NCBI RefSeq assembly: GCF_001194135.2
Contig: NC_068982.1
Location: 59,185,815 to 59,222,450 of the forward strand
Source: Octopus bimaculoides
Lineage: Eukaryota
Length of the DNA stretch: 36,636 nucleotides
Direction: 5' to 3'
Part shown: positions 1 through 11,537 of the stretch, one piece after another
Position numbering within the stretch: position 1 is the stretch's first letter
Layout: every line of letters begins with the position of its first letter
Made by a program: the position numbers and the translations under genes
Notes under the pieces: generated by a model
Told to the model about the DNA's origin: nothing
Database searches by the model: none
The model's input: only the letters and a program-made list of their open reading frames with translations

Positions 1-40
1 TATATATATATATATATATATATATGCATATATGTATATA
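1..40. repeat. (TA)n microsatellite
   Basis: Near-perfect TA dinucleotide run at the window start; similar runs recur throughout and border most N gaps. Confidence 0.95.
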
Positions 41-3000
41 TGAAATTTTGATGTATACACTTTACTCTAATGTAAGTAGATCATCTGGAATTAACCGATG
101 TCATATATGTTAAGGGCAAGACTTATTTTCCATCCTTTGTATGATACCAGCTTTTAATAGGTACTTGGAGGAATTTGCAATATTACATTATAATTCAAAC
201 TAGAACAGAAATGAGATTGTACTAGTCACTTAGATTTTCTTTAACAGAAAAGCTGAAGTAGTACACTCACATAAACATCCGTTTCATTTTGTTAGATCTT
301 TAATACTTGTAGAATGGGAACCCTAAGAAAAACCAATCACTTTGCCTACTTTTTTTTTTTTTTTTTTTTTTTAAGTTTCAGCTTAGAGCTGCGGCCATGC
401 TGATTTTTTGATAACTCTGCTTTCAGTAATTGTTAATATCTGGAGATAGAAGCACATAGTATTGTAACAACTTATAAGAAGCTCATAAGCTTCATCTGTA
501 AGCCTTTAGGCTTATTTATTTTTCATTTACACAATATTTTTCGAAAGTTTTGAAATTCAGACAAAAACAGCAGTTAATTCAATACAAAATCAATAGTGTA
601 TCTTTTTTATTGCTCAACATCATTTTTAACAGGTTCCAAATGATAGGAGAAAATATAATATGTCGTAATTCACTTAAATTTTATATCTCTCTACCACAGA
701 TGCACAACATGCTTTAAGAACCATACTTTTTAAGCAAATGTACAAAAGTCTATCAACTGTTATGTGGAGCATCTAAAGTTTTAATTACTGACTTAAAAAC
801 CCCAATCCTTCCTGCAGATATGGTCCATGCTTGAAATCTTTTCTTATCAGGGTGCAATAACCTGATATCGTGATATTCATTTGATACAAGCTGCAGAAGA
901 CACAGATGTTTGGTAATCTCTACTATTCTTTCATCAGTTATTTTGGCTCTACAATTATTTCAGTGGTTCTTTGACTCAGTTTACAGAAGTATTCAATCTA
1001 TACCAGTAAAAGAAATTGGAAGTAAAACAGCTTGACTAAATAAATAAAGGGAAAGAATTTTTAAAAAAATAATCTAATAAAAACTGACCATTCTAAAACC
1101 TTAGTTGCAATCAGGAATTGAATTTGCTTGATATTTTTGGTTTAGAAGTCATGCTGGGATCTTAACTCTTCTGCTTCGAATGGATTGGTAATTTTCACCT
1201 CAAGCTCCTAATCATGACTGAACATTCGAACAGGACATCTTGTTCACAAATATTCTGATTATTTAACACCAAACTTCAATAAAAATCTTTTTATAGCAAA
1301 GAAACCAAAACTAAGCACTTTACATTGTTAATTTCACTTTTCTTTACAAACTGGATTTGAAAGAACTGGATCTCTTATCAACTGTTTTTTTAACCAACAA
1401 CCTCGAATAGATATTGTTTGTGAATGTAGATAGTTTACTATATGTATGTGCAACCCAGGCTATATGTTAAAATCTACATGTAATATAAACAAAATTTACT
1501 CTCTCTCTCTCTCACACACACACACATGCACGAGCATATACATAACTCCATTAACTAATTGCCAAAGATTTACACTTCGTTTTTGTGGTTTGAAAATAAA
1601 ATTAGTCTTTTTCTGATGTTTCTTTTCAGTATCACAAGCCTTTGTCATAACAATAACAGTTGATGGCAGAAAGTACTAGGAACAGAGAATTGACTCAGCA
1701 AAACATTCTTAAATAAGATTTGATACCAACTATTCCATGAGTAAAAGTAAAGAAAATGTAAAAGAAAATTCCAATCAAACAAGCTGAGATTTAGACGGCC
1801 TGTACAGGGGAAATGGATGAAATAGGTAGACTAAATGAAAAATCTGGGGATAAAGGGGAAAAGCAGAAACAGAAGAAAGATGTAATATATGCAAAAATAA
1901 AAAGGGGAAAAAAAATAAAATAGAATATAAAAAACATGTGTAAGAGAAAAATTGTCTCTGGCTAAGAACTATTTATACTTCACAAAAAATCAAGTGTTGT
2001 TTGCCAAAGGCTTTCTGACATCAGCAATCTTGGTGCAAGGAGACTATGATACATTTTTCTTTTCTCTTTTTTTTTCTCAAAGAATTTGTATGCCATGGAA
2101 ATCTATTACAAGTGGTGAAATGAAAGGAACTTGTTGCATTTTTATTAGCATTTTTGTTGTATGCATGCAAAAAAGGATCTATCCTCATCCGCACCCCCAA
2201 ATATATATCAACAACAGAAGTGATGAGATCAATCTTAAAAATAACAAAAGCCAATAAAAAAAAAAAATCAATGGTAAAAAAAATATTGGGGGATGAAAGC
2301 ACAATCCCAGACAAAATATAAAAATATATAAAAATATAAAAATAAATTCAGCAAACATAAGAGACACAGACCAAATCTTTCTAAACAAAAGGTTTAAGAG
2401 GATAGGCAATCAAACCATTACTAACCTCCTTACATAAGATGGCTTTGTGATTATAGCTTGATTCTAAAAGAAGATTTAAAAAAAAAAAAACATAAAATGA
2501 ATAAAATATTAAAATAAAATAAAAAAAAAATCATTTGTTGGAAATATCTTTTGACATTGGAAAGGCATATATCTAATCTTGAGACATGAGGGAAAGTAAA
2601 TATTGTTAATGTTCAAATACACAGTAGAATCACAGGTTAAAGTATGTACATTGTAAACAGCACAGCTAATTCAACAGAACAATAGATATGTAAAAAGTCT
2701 TGAATAGTAGACTGACTGTCCTCAACTTAGATTCAGATAAACGATAAATATATTATGTTAACTGTACAAGATGACTTTAGACAATATGTATTCATATTAA
2801 CTAAACTATAGACATTTCAGGTACATAGGTATGGAAAATATCTCCAGGTGAAAAAGATCGAAGATAAGATGAAGAAGACACTAAATGTCACGAGTTCAAT
2901 TTTAAGTTATTATAAAGAACATTATCATCAAATATTTTTAGTAGTGAATTTGTTAAGAATTGGCCAGTAATGATAGGTGATCATCAAATTTGATTCCTAC

Positions 3001-3066
3001 TTTATTCTAGGTTTTTGGTTAGTCAGTTATACCCAACAGAAAGAGAAGGATGTCTGTTTTTACCAT

Positions 3067-3447
3067 TGTTGGCACTCTGTCGCTTACGACGATCAGGGTT
3101 CCAGTTGATCCGATCAACGGAACAGCCTGCTCGTGAAATTAACGTGCAAGTGGCTGAGCACTCCACACACATGTGTACCCTTAACGCAGTTCTCGGGGAT
3201 ATTCAGCATGACACAGTGTGACAAGGCTGGCCCTTTAAATTACAAGCACAACAGAAACAGGAAGTAAAAGTGAGAGAAAGTTGTGGTGAAAGAGTACAGC
3301 AGGGTTCGCCACCATCCCCTGCCGGAGCCTCGTGGAGCTTTTAGGTGTTTTCACTCAATAAACACTCACAACGCCCAGTCTGGGAATCGAAACCACGATC
3401 CTATGACTGCGAGTCCGCTACCCTAAGCACTGGGCCATTGCGCCTCC
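3067..3447 (-). mobile_element. Full-length tRNA-derived SINE (family A here) with 11-bp target-site duplication
   Basis: The minus strand starts GGAGGCGCAATGGCCCAGTGCTTAGG (A box) and has GGTTTCGATTCC (B box), with a TCG anticodon-like loop (tRNA-Arg-like). It ends GAGTGCCAACA. GTTTTTACCAT flanks both ends (3056-3066 and 3448-3458). Homologous copies lie at 4609, 12578 and 23123. Confidence 0.9.
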
Positions 3448-3465
3448 GTTTTTACCATAGTACTG

Positions 3466-3630
3466 GATGAAATAAATACCAGACATACACTGGGTCAATG
3501 TAATCAATTAGCTCCCTCTCCTAGATTTTCAGGCCTTGCGCCTATTAGCAGAAAGGATATTTAGTACCAGGTGAGCACAGATTAAGAAGACCTGTGATCA
3601 AAGACATTTCAGGTGTGATCACACTAATGT
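3466..3630 (+). mobile_element. 3' fragment of SINE family E plus shared flank
   Basis: GAAATAAATACC...GGGTCAATGTAATCAA...TTTCAGGCCTTGCGCCTATTAGCAGAAAGGATATTTAGTACC matches 4925-5070. Confidence 0.6.
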
Positions 3631-3921
3631 TTGCGAGAGCTTTCTTTAGGAAGCTAAGAACTCTCTCAATCAAACACTAAAACTGAGCTGTATATATTGC
3701 ATATATCACTTTGTACAGTACTTTGTTCTATTAGTAATGTAGCTTAACCAAGGACTTAATTAGTGATTATGAAGAACAAGTTTATATACATACTTACAAA
3801 TAGATATATGAAAGATATAGGGGACACAAGCTCACTAAAATGTCAGACACATACAGATTTATATATATATGTGTGTGTGTGTGTGAGTATACACACATGC
3901 ACATACATATATATAGATTCA

Positions 3922-3957
<36 letters not shown>

Positions 3958-4608
3958 NNNNNNNNNNNNNNNNNNNNNNNNNNNNNNNNNNNNNNNNNNN
4001 NNNNNNNNNNNNNNNNNNNNNNNNNNNNNNNNNNNNNNNNNNNNNNNNNNNNNNNNNNNNNNNNNNNNNNNNNNNNNNNNNNNNNNNNNNNNNNNNNNNN
4101 NNNNNNNNNNNNNNNNNNNNNNNNNNNNNNNNNNNNNNNNNNNNNNNNNNNNNNNNNNNNNNNNNNNNNNNNNNNNNNNNNNNNNNNNNNNNNNNNNNNN
4201 NNNNNNNNNNNNNNNNNNNNNNNNNNNNNNNNNNNNNNNNNNNNNNNNNNNNNNNNNNNNNNNNNNNNNNNNNNNNNNNNNNNNNNNNNNNNNNNNNNNN
4301 NNNNNNNNNNNNNNNNNNNNNNNNNNNNNNNNNNNNNNNNNNNNNNNNNNNNNNNNNNNNNNNNNNNNNNNNNNNNNNNNNNNNNNNNNNNNNNNNNNNN
4401 NNNNNNNNNNNNNNNNNNNNNNNNNNNNNNNNNNNNNNNNNNNNNNNNNNNNNNNNNNNNNNNNNNNNNNNNNNNNNNNNNNNNNNNNNNNNNNNNNNNN
4501 NNNNNNNNNNNNNNNNNNNNNNNNNNNNNNNNNNNNNNNNNNNNNNNNNNNNNNNNNNNNNNNNNNNNNNNNNNNNNNNNNNNNNNNNNNNNNNNNNNNN
4601 NNNNNNNN

Positions 4609-4867
4609 CAGGGGATGGTGGCAAACCCTGCTGTACTCTTTCACCACAACTTTCTCTCACTCTTACTTCCTGTTTATGTTGTGCCTGTAATTCAAAGGGT
4701 CAGCCTTGTCACACTGTGTCACGCTGAATATTCCCGAGAACTACGTTAAGGGTACACGTGTCTGTAGAGTACTCAGCCACTTGCACGTTAATTTCATGAG
4801 CAGGCTGTTCCGTTGATCGGATCAACTGGAACCCTCGACGTCGTAAGCGACAGAGTGCCAACAACAA
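4609..4867 (+). mobile_element. SINE family A, 3' two-thirds (5' part lost in the N gap)
   Basis: Near-exact reverse complement of 3067-3320; ends GAGTGCCAACAACAA. Confidence 0.9.
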
Positions 4868-4880
4868 TAAACATTATGAG

Positions 4881-5070
4881 TACAAATTCTGCTGAGGTCA
4901 ACTTTGTCTTTCATTGTTTTGGGGTTAATGAAATAAGTGCCTGTTGATCCCTGGGGTTGATGTAACCGACTAACCCCCACCACTGAAGTTCAGGTCTTGC
5001 GCCTATAGTAGAAAGGATATTATTTAGTACCTATGATCAAAGGCCTTCCAGCTGTGATCATACCAATGTC
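4881..5070 (+). mobile_element. SINE family E, central and 3' part
   Basis: AAATTCTGCTGAGGTCAACTTTGTCTTTCAT...GGGGTTAATGAAATAAGTGCC... is the reverse complement of the core of the copy at 23762-23985. Confidence 0.7.
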
Positions 5071-5201
5071 TTTATCGTTTTACATCATGGGTTACATTGT
5101 CCAGTATATTGTTATTTAATCCTTTTGTTACGAAGTGAGTTCCCAGACGTTTTGAGACTTTTCAGTAGAGACATTTATTTCTTTCAGTAAATCATAAAAT
5201 T

Positions 5202-5550
5202 CTAATCTCTTTCAAAGTAGGATCCCCTAACTTCAATGTACTTGTTGTGCTCTAGCCACTTTGAGCAGGCCTCATGAAGATTCTCCAAAGTGAAGGTGTC
5301 CAGGACCTTTGTCACTGTCTCCTTCGTCATCTCAATGTCTTCAAAACAACTGCCCACCCCCAAGGTTCTCCTTCAGCTTGGGAAACAACCAAAAATCACA
5401 AGGAGTAAGGTCTGGACTGTAGAAAGCGTGAGAAACAGTTTTGATGCCCATCTCTGTCAAGTAGTTGGATACCAGGATGGAAATGTAGACTGGTGCATTG
5501 TCCAAGCACCACCAACTTCAGTGCACAACCTCCAGCCTTTTGCAATGAAA
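5202..5550 (-). pseudogene. Mariner transposase C-terminal half (DNAP ... YSPDL catalytic region)
   Basis: WWCLDNAPVYISILVSNYLTEMGIKTVSHAFYSPDLTPCDFWLFPKLKENL, then after a frameshift FEDIEMTKETVTKVLDTFTLENLHEACSKWLEH..IEVRGSYFERD*; the stop is at 5202-5204. Confidence 0.9.
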
Positions 5551-5905
5551 TCATCATCATCGTTTAACGTCCGCTTTCCATGCTAGCATGGGTTGGACGA
5601 TTTGACTGAGGACTGGTGAAACCAGATGGCTACACCAGGCTCCAATCTGATTTGGCAGAGTTTCTACAGCTGGATGCTCTTCCTAACGCCAACCACTCTG
5701 AGAGTGTAGTGGGTATTTTACGTGCCACTGGCACGAAGGCCAGTCAAGCGGTACTGGCAACGGCCACACTCAAAATGGTGTATTTTACGTGCCACCTGCA
5801 CAGGACCCAGTCCAGCAGCACTGGCAACGATCTCGCTCGAATGTCTTTACACGTGCCACCGGCACAAGTGCCAGGAAGGCGACGCTGGGCACAGGTGCTG
5901 TCATG
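5551..5905 (-). mobile_element. RTE-related non-autonomous element (family D) with (GAT)n tail and internal 63-70 bp tandem units
   Basis: The plus strand begins TCATCATCATCGTTTAACGTCCGC (the tail) and contains GGATGCTCTTCCTAACGCCAACCAC. Homologous to 12824, 17181, 26262 and 26872. The AGGAAGGGCATCC motif of this family resembles RTE-clade UTR sequence (from recall). Confidence 0.75.
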
Positions 5906-6505
5906 ATTTCGCCTGAATTCCACCCAAACCTTCAGAATGTACTTTTTGTAAACTGTCTTGCCAGAGGGAACCCAGTGGATGTAGATGATGCCCTTTCTGT
6001 TGAAAAAAGGGATTTTCATGAGCTTCCTGATGGACTCCCTACGCCTGGCTTTCTTGGGTCTCAGTCTGTCTTTAACTGTAGATCTATCTTTTGTCACAGG
6101 TCACCAGAGACTCCAGCACTCTTGGATTTGAGGTAATGAGCTCAACCATTTCCCTGCTATCACCAACACATATTTTCCTCTGATCATTACTCTGAGCTGC
6201 TTGGGAACAAACCTTGCACACATTTTGTGCCTGTTCAGATCTTCATGAATAATTCTGCATACAATTGCAACATCAACTTCAAACTCTATTGTCTTTATAG
6301 ACACATGACTGTCTTCATTCAACTCTGATGGCCTGATGTCCCTCTCCTTCCCACACCTCTCATCGTTTTTTACTTCTCTTCTTGAACCTCTTGAGCTAGT
6401 GAAAAGCAGATGCTTGGCTCATACAAGTTAATCCATAAGCAGTTTGTATTTCATAAGTTTCTGTAGCATTTTTACCCAATTTAACACAAAACTTAATATT
6501 GTTTA
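5906..6505 (-). pseudogene. Mariner transposase N-terminal half (HTH region, FVPKQL, first catalytic Asp)
   Basis: VVNNIKFCVKLGKNATETYEIQTAYG; HKMCARFVPKQL; ESLVTCD; KLMKIPFFNRKGIIYIHWVPSGKTVYKKYILKVWVEFRR, spread over several frames. Confidence 0.88.
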
Positions 6506-6717
6506 CAACAAAAAAAAAAAAAGAAGGGCAAAAAAAAAAAAAGAGAAGATGCACGTATAACACATAACTTAGAAGCAGCGCCACAGATGTACCAACACAC
6601 ACGAGATTGAAACATAACTGACCTCACGCACTTCTCATGAGGAATTCCGGAAGAAGCTTCGTGAGACCACTACTGAGACGCTTCCGAAAAAAAAAAAGAA
6701 AACCATTGGAAAACAGT

Positions 6718-6869
6718 TTATAGCAGAGACTCCAGCTAAGAAGATCTGAAGAAGGAATTGTAATTCCGAAATATCATCGGACTATAGATAACCAAATTAC
6801 AACAGGTATATAGTTCATTTTTTGTTCTATAGTGCGTTGTTGTACCATTCTAAACTTTTCATTCTTTAC
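6718..6869 (+). mobile_element. Short hammerhead-bearing repeat (Penelope-like pseudo-LTR type), copy 1
   Basis: About 150 bp shared with 34399-34551 (TTTATAGCAGAGACTCCA...ATTCTTTAC); contains a minimal hammerhead motif. Confidence 0.7.
6743..6778 (+). ncRNA. Minimal type I hammerhead ribozyme, core intact
   Basis: GAT-CTGAAGA-A-GGAAT-TGTA-ATTCC-GAA-ATAT-C-ATC: 3-bp stem I (GAT/ATC), CUGANGA core, 5-bp stem II, GAAA, palindromic AUAU stem III, AUC cleavage triplet. Confidence 0.72.
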
Positions 6870-8789
6870 AAACAATACACAATGCTTCAAGCGAACTACA
6901 ATACCCTCCTACAAAACTTAATGGTATAGCGAGCTTACAAATTGTATTCACATCCTTCCTGCATTCTGCAAACTAGTCAGCTGTGACAAGCAGTGTTTAG
7001 CAGAGTGTGTTCAAAGTGTTGCTGTAGTTGTCGCCTTCAATCTGGGATAAAAAGTTGGCAGGTCAATTTATTAGCTGTATATAGTCATGATAAGCTATTG
7101 ATAAAATTAAAACAATCTAGGATAGTTATAACTATCTCTCCTAAAAAAATGTTTCATATTTTCTAGAATGCACCTTATAACATATGTCAGTTGAAATACA
7201 CTGCTTTGCTTCAATAAATTTTGAAGTAATGAAGAATTTAGTAAGATAACTATCATTATTAAGCTGGTATTTAGAATATGGATTACCTGGAAAAGTTGCT
7301 GGAAGGTTTTTATTATAGGTAACTTTAAAACAAGGAATTTGTATAATAGAACCAAGGGTGGTTGGAGATTTGAAGGATATTTCGTCAGAGTTTCTAGTAA
7401 GTGGAATAAGCACATAAACCTATACTCACTGACTCAAATGCTTCAGTGATTGGTTTATGAGAAAACTGCTTTTTATGTCAATATCTGTAGGTATAACACT
7501 TTCTCTGATGAAACTTACCAAAGTGCAGTAGTTCTTTAATGAGTCAATCTCTTTCCATAATAAAATAGTTCCTACATGATATCAGGGAATATTAGAACAA
7601 ATTTGGTTTGAAATTGGATCAAGCTTTGCTTCAACTGTTACATTTTATCCTCGACAATATATCACTGCATAATGAGTTGTGACATGATCTTCTATAGCAA
7701 GTTCATCCATCACATTACAAAGTGTAGTGAAACTATTGTTATTCACCAATATTCAATAATAGACTGTCTTTGGTACACATGACAGATCAAACTGACTGAG
7801 GTAATGAGGAAACAACGACTGTAATAACAAAAGCAGCAAGAATACCAGCAGTGTGTAGTATGGTCTTAGACTATGCAAAAACATGGCATATTGCTTAACA
7901 TGTAAGTAACTCTCAAATATTAAATAAACTGCTTCTGTGCCATAAGACATGTTGAGTAAAGCTGCTTAGTGCTACACAATTCTAATGAAGAATTCGATGT
8001 TTCATAACATCCATCTCGCTTCTACTTTCTCAACAAATTTGATTGCACATTTCCATATCATAATTAAAGATAATTTTCCAAATCAAAATCAAACAAACAT
8101 ACAAACAAAAAGAAAAAAAAAATGAAGATAGAGAAGATGAGAAAGAAAAGAAAAACTCTTTCATGCAAGATCTAATGTTGCAAAATTGTAGAGAATTAGA
8201 ACTCTGGCAATATATAATGAGTACATGGAGACATTCTAGATATATACAGCAGTTAAGAGACGACAAATTACAGATCAGAGAGAAATCACAGATTACAATT
8301 TATGAATTTCAAATGGAATATGAACTCATTAAAAGTATGAATCATGAAATGACAAACCAAATAAATAAATATAAGTCTATATATATATATATATAGATAG
8401 ATAGATACATATGTATATACATAACACTAAATGATAAATAAAAGAGACAAATGAAAGCAGTGAAGAATTAATTCAGATAGAAAGGAATATACAATACTTG
8501 GTCAACTAAGTGCCATATATAATATCATTTGCTAACAGGACCACTGCTCGGTTCGCCTTGGAATTCAATTATAGTGAAAAATCAACAAGCGATGAGAGTG
8601 AATTTAATTTGCTTTGTTGCCATACTATATTACGTACTGTTGGCGGGGGGTGTAATTAAATGAAGCGAACGCTGATGAAAGCTTGTAGTCTCGTCTGAAA
8701 GCGACCAAAGCATCTAAGTATGCAATTAATTAACAAAATAATGTCCAATGTTGTCGAGTCACATCAGGTAGAAAGTATATCATTCGCTT

Positions 8790-8839
8790 GCATTTGATTA
8801 TAGCTGACAGAAGCGTAACTGTCAGATATAATCAAATGC
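8790..8839. other. Near-perfect 50-nt inverted repeat (hairpin)
   Basis: GCATTTGATTATA-G-CTGACAG [AAGCGTAA] CTGTCAG-A-TATAATCAAATGC: 13+7 bp arms with one mismatch. Confidence 0.9.
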
Positions 8840-8898
8840 TTCACGGATAACGATTATCTCATTTTAAAGACTGGAATATAAACATGCTAATATGTGTA

Positions 8899-8948
<50 letters not shown>

Positions 8949-9028
8949 NNNNNNNNNNNNNNNNNNNNNNNNNNNNNNNNNNNNNNNNNNNNNNNNNNNN
9001 NNNNNNNNNNNNNNNNNNNNNNNNNNNN

Positions 9029-9072
<44 letters not shown>

Positions 9073-9283
9073 CTTTGTACATTTATATGTATATGATATG
9101 TATGCAGGATATGTATGCATATCCATATGTCTGCAGGTGTCTAATTGTGTGTGTGTATGTGTGTATATATGTAGATAGATAGGTATAGATATATACATAT
9201 AAATATTTAAATATATATAAATATGTACATATATTTATATAAATATTCACAAATATATATTTCTATTCACATTATGTATAATA

Positions 9284-9333
<50 letters not shown>

Positions 9334-9830
9334 NNNNNNNNNNNNNNNNNNNNNNNNNNNNNNNNNNNNNNNNNNNNNNNNNNNNNNNNNNNNNNNNNNN
9401 NNNNNNNNNNNNNNNNNNNNNNNNNNNNNNNNNNNNNNNNNNNNNNNNNNNNNTATATGTATGTACGTATGCACGTTTATGGAAACAATTTTGTGTATGT
9501 CTCTATAAATGCGTAAAAAACATAAACAAATAAACATGACAACTACAATATCAACATGAGCAATACATATGTACAAGGGGCCGTATGCAGCAAAACGACA
9601 CATTAACTACAGAGAAAGGTGTACTCATATGATTGATTAACAAAGAAGTAAATGATGGACAAAAACAATAAATAAAACACAAACAAATGAATAAATTATT
9701 GCATTGCCATTTTATAAATCACTTTCCTTTTATTTTAAATGAGATTCTTTATGTCTTTTATTTCATTTTGTATTTCATTTTATTCATGAAATATGGCAAA
9801 TATTTCTAGGAATCTAATAGGATGAAGGAT

Positions 9831-9875
<45 letters not shown>

Positions 9876-9914
9876 TATAAATAATGTATATATACACATA
9901 TATAAATACATACA

Positions 9915-9963
<49 letters not shown>

Positions 9964-9965
<2 letters not shown>

Positions 9966-10037
9966 GAGAATGTACGAAAAAACAACAACAGACGAGGACA
10001 GGTGGTGTAAATAACAAAAGGATGTATTAGTATGACG
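9964..10037. repeat. Truncated copy of the repeat family at 16250-16400
   Basis: TACGAAAAAACAACAACAGACGAGGACAGGTGGTGTAAATAACAAAAGGATGTATTAGTATGAC aligns with TACGGAAAACAAATGACGAAGACAGGTGTAGGAACAACAAACAGGTGTATCAGTTTAAC; cut off by a SINE head at 10037. Confidence 0.6.
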
Positions 10038-10155
10038 AGGCACATGGCCTAGTACTTAGGGTTATGCACTCACAATCACTAGACCACAGGTTCAATTTCC
10101 AGACTGAGCAGCATGTTGTGCTCTTGAACAACACTCTTCATTTCATATTGCTTTG
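10037..10155 (+). mobile_element. Degenerate tRNA-derived SINE head
   Basis: GAGGCACATGGCCTAGTACTTAGGG...GGTTCAATTTCCAGACTG resembles the family A head and the copy at 34693. Confidence 0.6.
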
Positions 10156-10540
10156 ATATGTAAGAGAGTGCCAGAATTGTTGGCACATCGGCAGAAATGC
10201 TTTGCAGCATATCTTCTGGCTCTCTGTATTCTGAGCTCAAACCCTACCTGCTTGGAGATGTCAATGGGAAACCACAACAGTACTCATCCCAAGTATAGCC
10301 ATGGATGGTTGTAGTTCCAGTAATCGCATATAGAGGGTGCTGGTGAAGTTCAGCATGCACAGGACCTGCCCCAGGGCAGACCACCACAAGAGCTAGGTTG
10401 GACTAAATAGAACAGGAGGAGACACATGGAATGGAAGAGTCACTGAAAGGTCACAGGTGTGTGACAAGATTTCCAGATAATGGATAAAATAAGAACCATA
10501 ATGCACAAGTAAAGAATGAATATATAGCACATGTGTATAT

Positions 10541-10940
10541 TTATTCTTTTACTCTTTTTCTTGTTTCAGTCATTTGACTGTCGCCATGCTGGAGCACCAC
10601 CATTTGTCGAGCATATCAATCCCAGGACTTATTCTTTGAAAGCCTAGTACTTATTCTATCAGTCTCTTTTGTGGAACCGCTAAGTTATGGGGACGTAAAC
10701 ACACCAACATTGCTTGTCAAACAATGCTAGGGCACAAACAGATTCACAAACATACATATACAGACACAGACAAAGACATACACACACACACACATATACA
10801 ACAGGTTTCTTTTAGTTTCTGTCTACCAAATCCACTCAGAAGGCTTTGGTCGGCCTGAGGCTATAGTAGAAACCCAAGGTGCCACACAGTGGGACTGAAC
10901 CTGGAACCATGTGGTTGGTAAGCAAGCTACTTACCACACA
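10541..10940 (-). mobile_element. Bipartite SINE (family BC): tRNA head, internal (CA)n microsatellite, 3' body with TAAAAGA-type tail
   Basis: Plus strand: TTATTCTTTTAC..TTGTTTCAGTCATTTGACTG..CCATGCTGGAGCACC (3' body), then a CA-rich spacer, then TTTCTGTCTACCAAATCCACTC...GAACCATGTGGTTGGTAAGCAAGCTACTTACCACAC (head). The same order recurs at 11538 and 20985. Confidence 0.85.
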
Positions 10941-11045
10941 AAAAATGCCCATCTTGAAATATAACAATATAAGTTAGATAGATATAAATTTATATTCAAG
11001 TATTTATCTATCTGTCTTTTTATCTATCTATCTATCTACCTATCA

Positions 11046-11150
11046 AGGCATTGGTCAGCCCGAGTCTATAGTAGAAATCAAATGTGCCACGTTGTGGGAC
11101 TGAACCTGGAACCATATGGTTGGTAAGCAAGCTATTACCACACAGCCTCT
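11046..11150 (-). mobile_element. BC-family SINE head fragment
   Basis: GGCATTGGTCAGCCCGAGTCTATAGTAGAA...GAACCATATGGTTGGTAAGCAAGCTATTACCACACAGCC matches 10845-10940. Confidence 0.8.
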
Positions 11151-11156
11151 CCTGTA

Positions 11157-11219
<63 letters not shown>

Positions 11220-11537
11220 TCATCATCATCATATATCGTCATCATATATATATATGAGGGAGAGAGAGAGTGAGTGTGTGTGTGTATGTGTGTTTTGTGT
11301 TCCTCACATGTTAATTACTGGTGTTGGTTTGATCATAAATGATTGAAAGAATAAGTACCAGCTTCACAAATCAGTACAAAGGCTGATTAACTAAATCTCT
11401 CATGATGACATCCTATCATGACATTAGTGCAATAACTGAAACATGTCGTTAAGAAGTTCACTTAGCAACCAGACTGTTATTAATTTGATTGGAATTTGTT
11501 AGACGGAAACTGTCTGAAGCTCATTACATATATATAT

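Larger units (their letters stand above)
5129..6510 (-). mobile_element. Decayed mariner (Tc1/mariner) DNA transposon, interrupted by a nested insertion at 5551-5905
   Basis: Minus-strand translation gives mariner motifs with stops and frameshifts: NIKFCVKLGKNATETYE, ARFVPKQL, ESLVTCD, GIIYIHWVPSGKTV, DNAP, YSPDLTPCDFWLFPKLK, IEVRGSYFE. A TA+CGAAGTGAGTTCC...TTTTGAGAC terminus-like sequence starts at 5129; the matching TIR at the other end is not clear. Confidence 0.9.

Noticed and set aside
3375-3447. tRNA-Arg-like gene
   Set aside because: It is the head of a SINE with a target-site duplication; the acceptor stem does not close.
7100-8030. Stop-poor stretches with GTAAGT-type sites; idea of stop codons rescued by A-to-I editing
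   Set aside because: No recognisable protein, frames are inconsistent, and nothing in the sequence supports editing.
8669-8712. CTGATGA...GAAA hammerhead-like spacing
   Set aside because: No convincing stem II, no A15.1-U16.1 pair with an NUH triplet, and no stem I.
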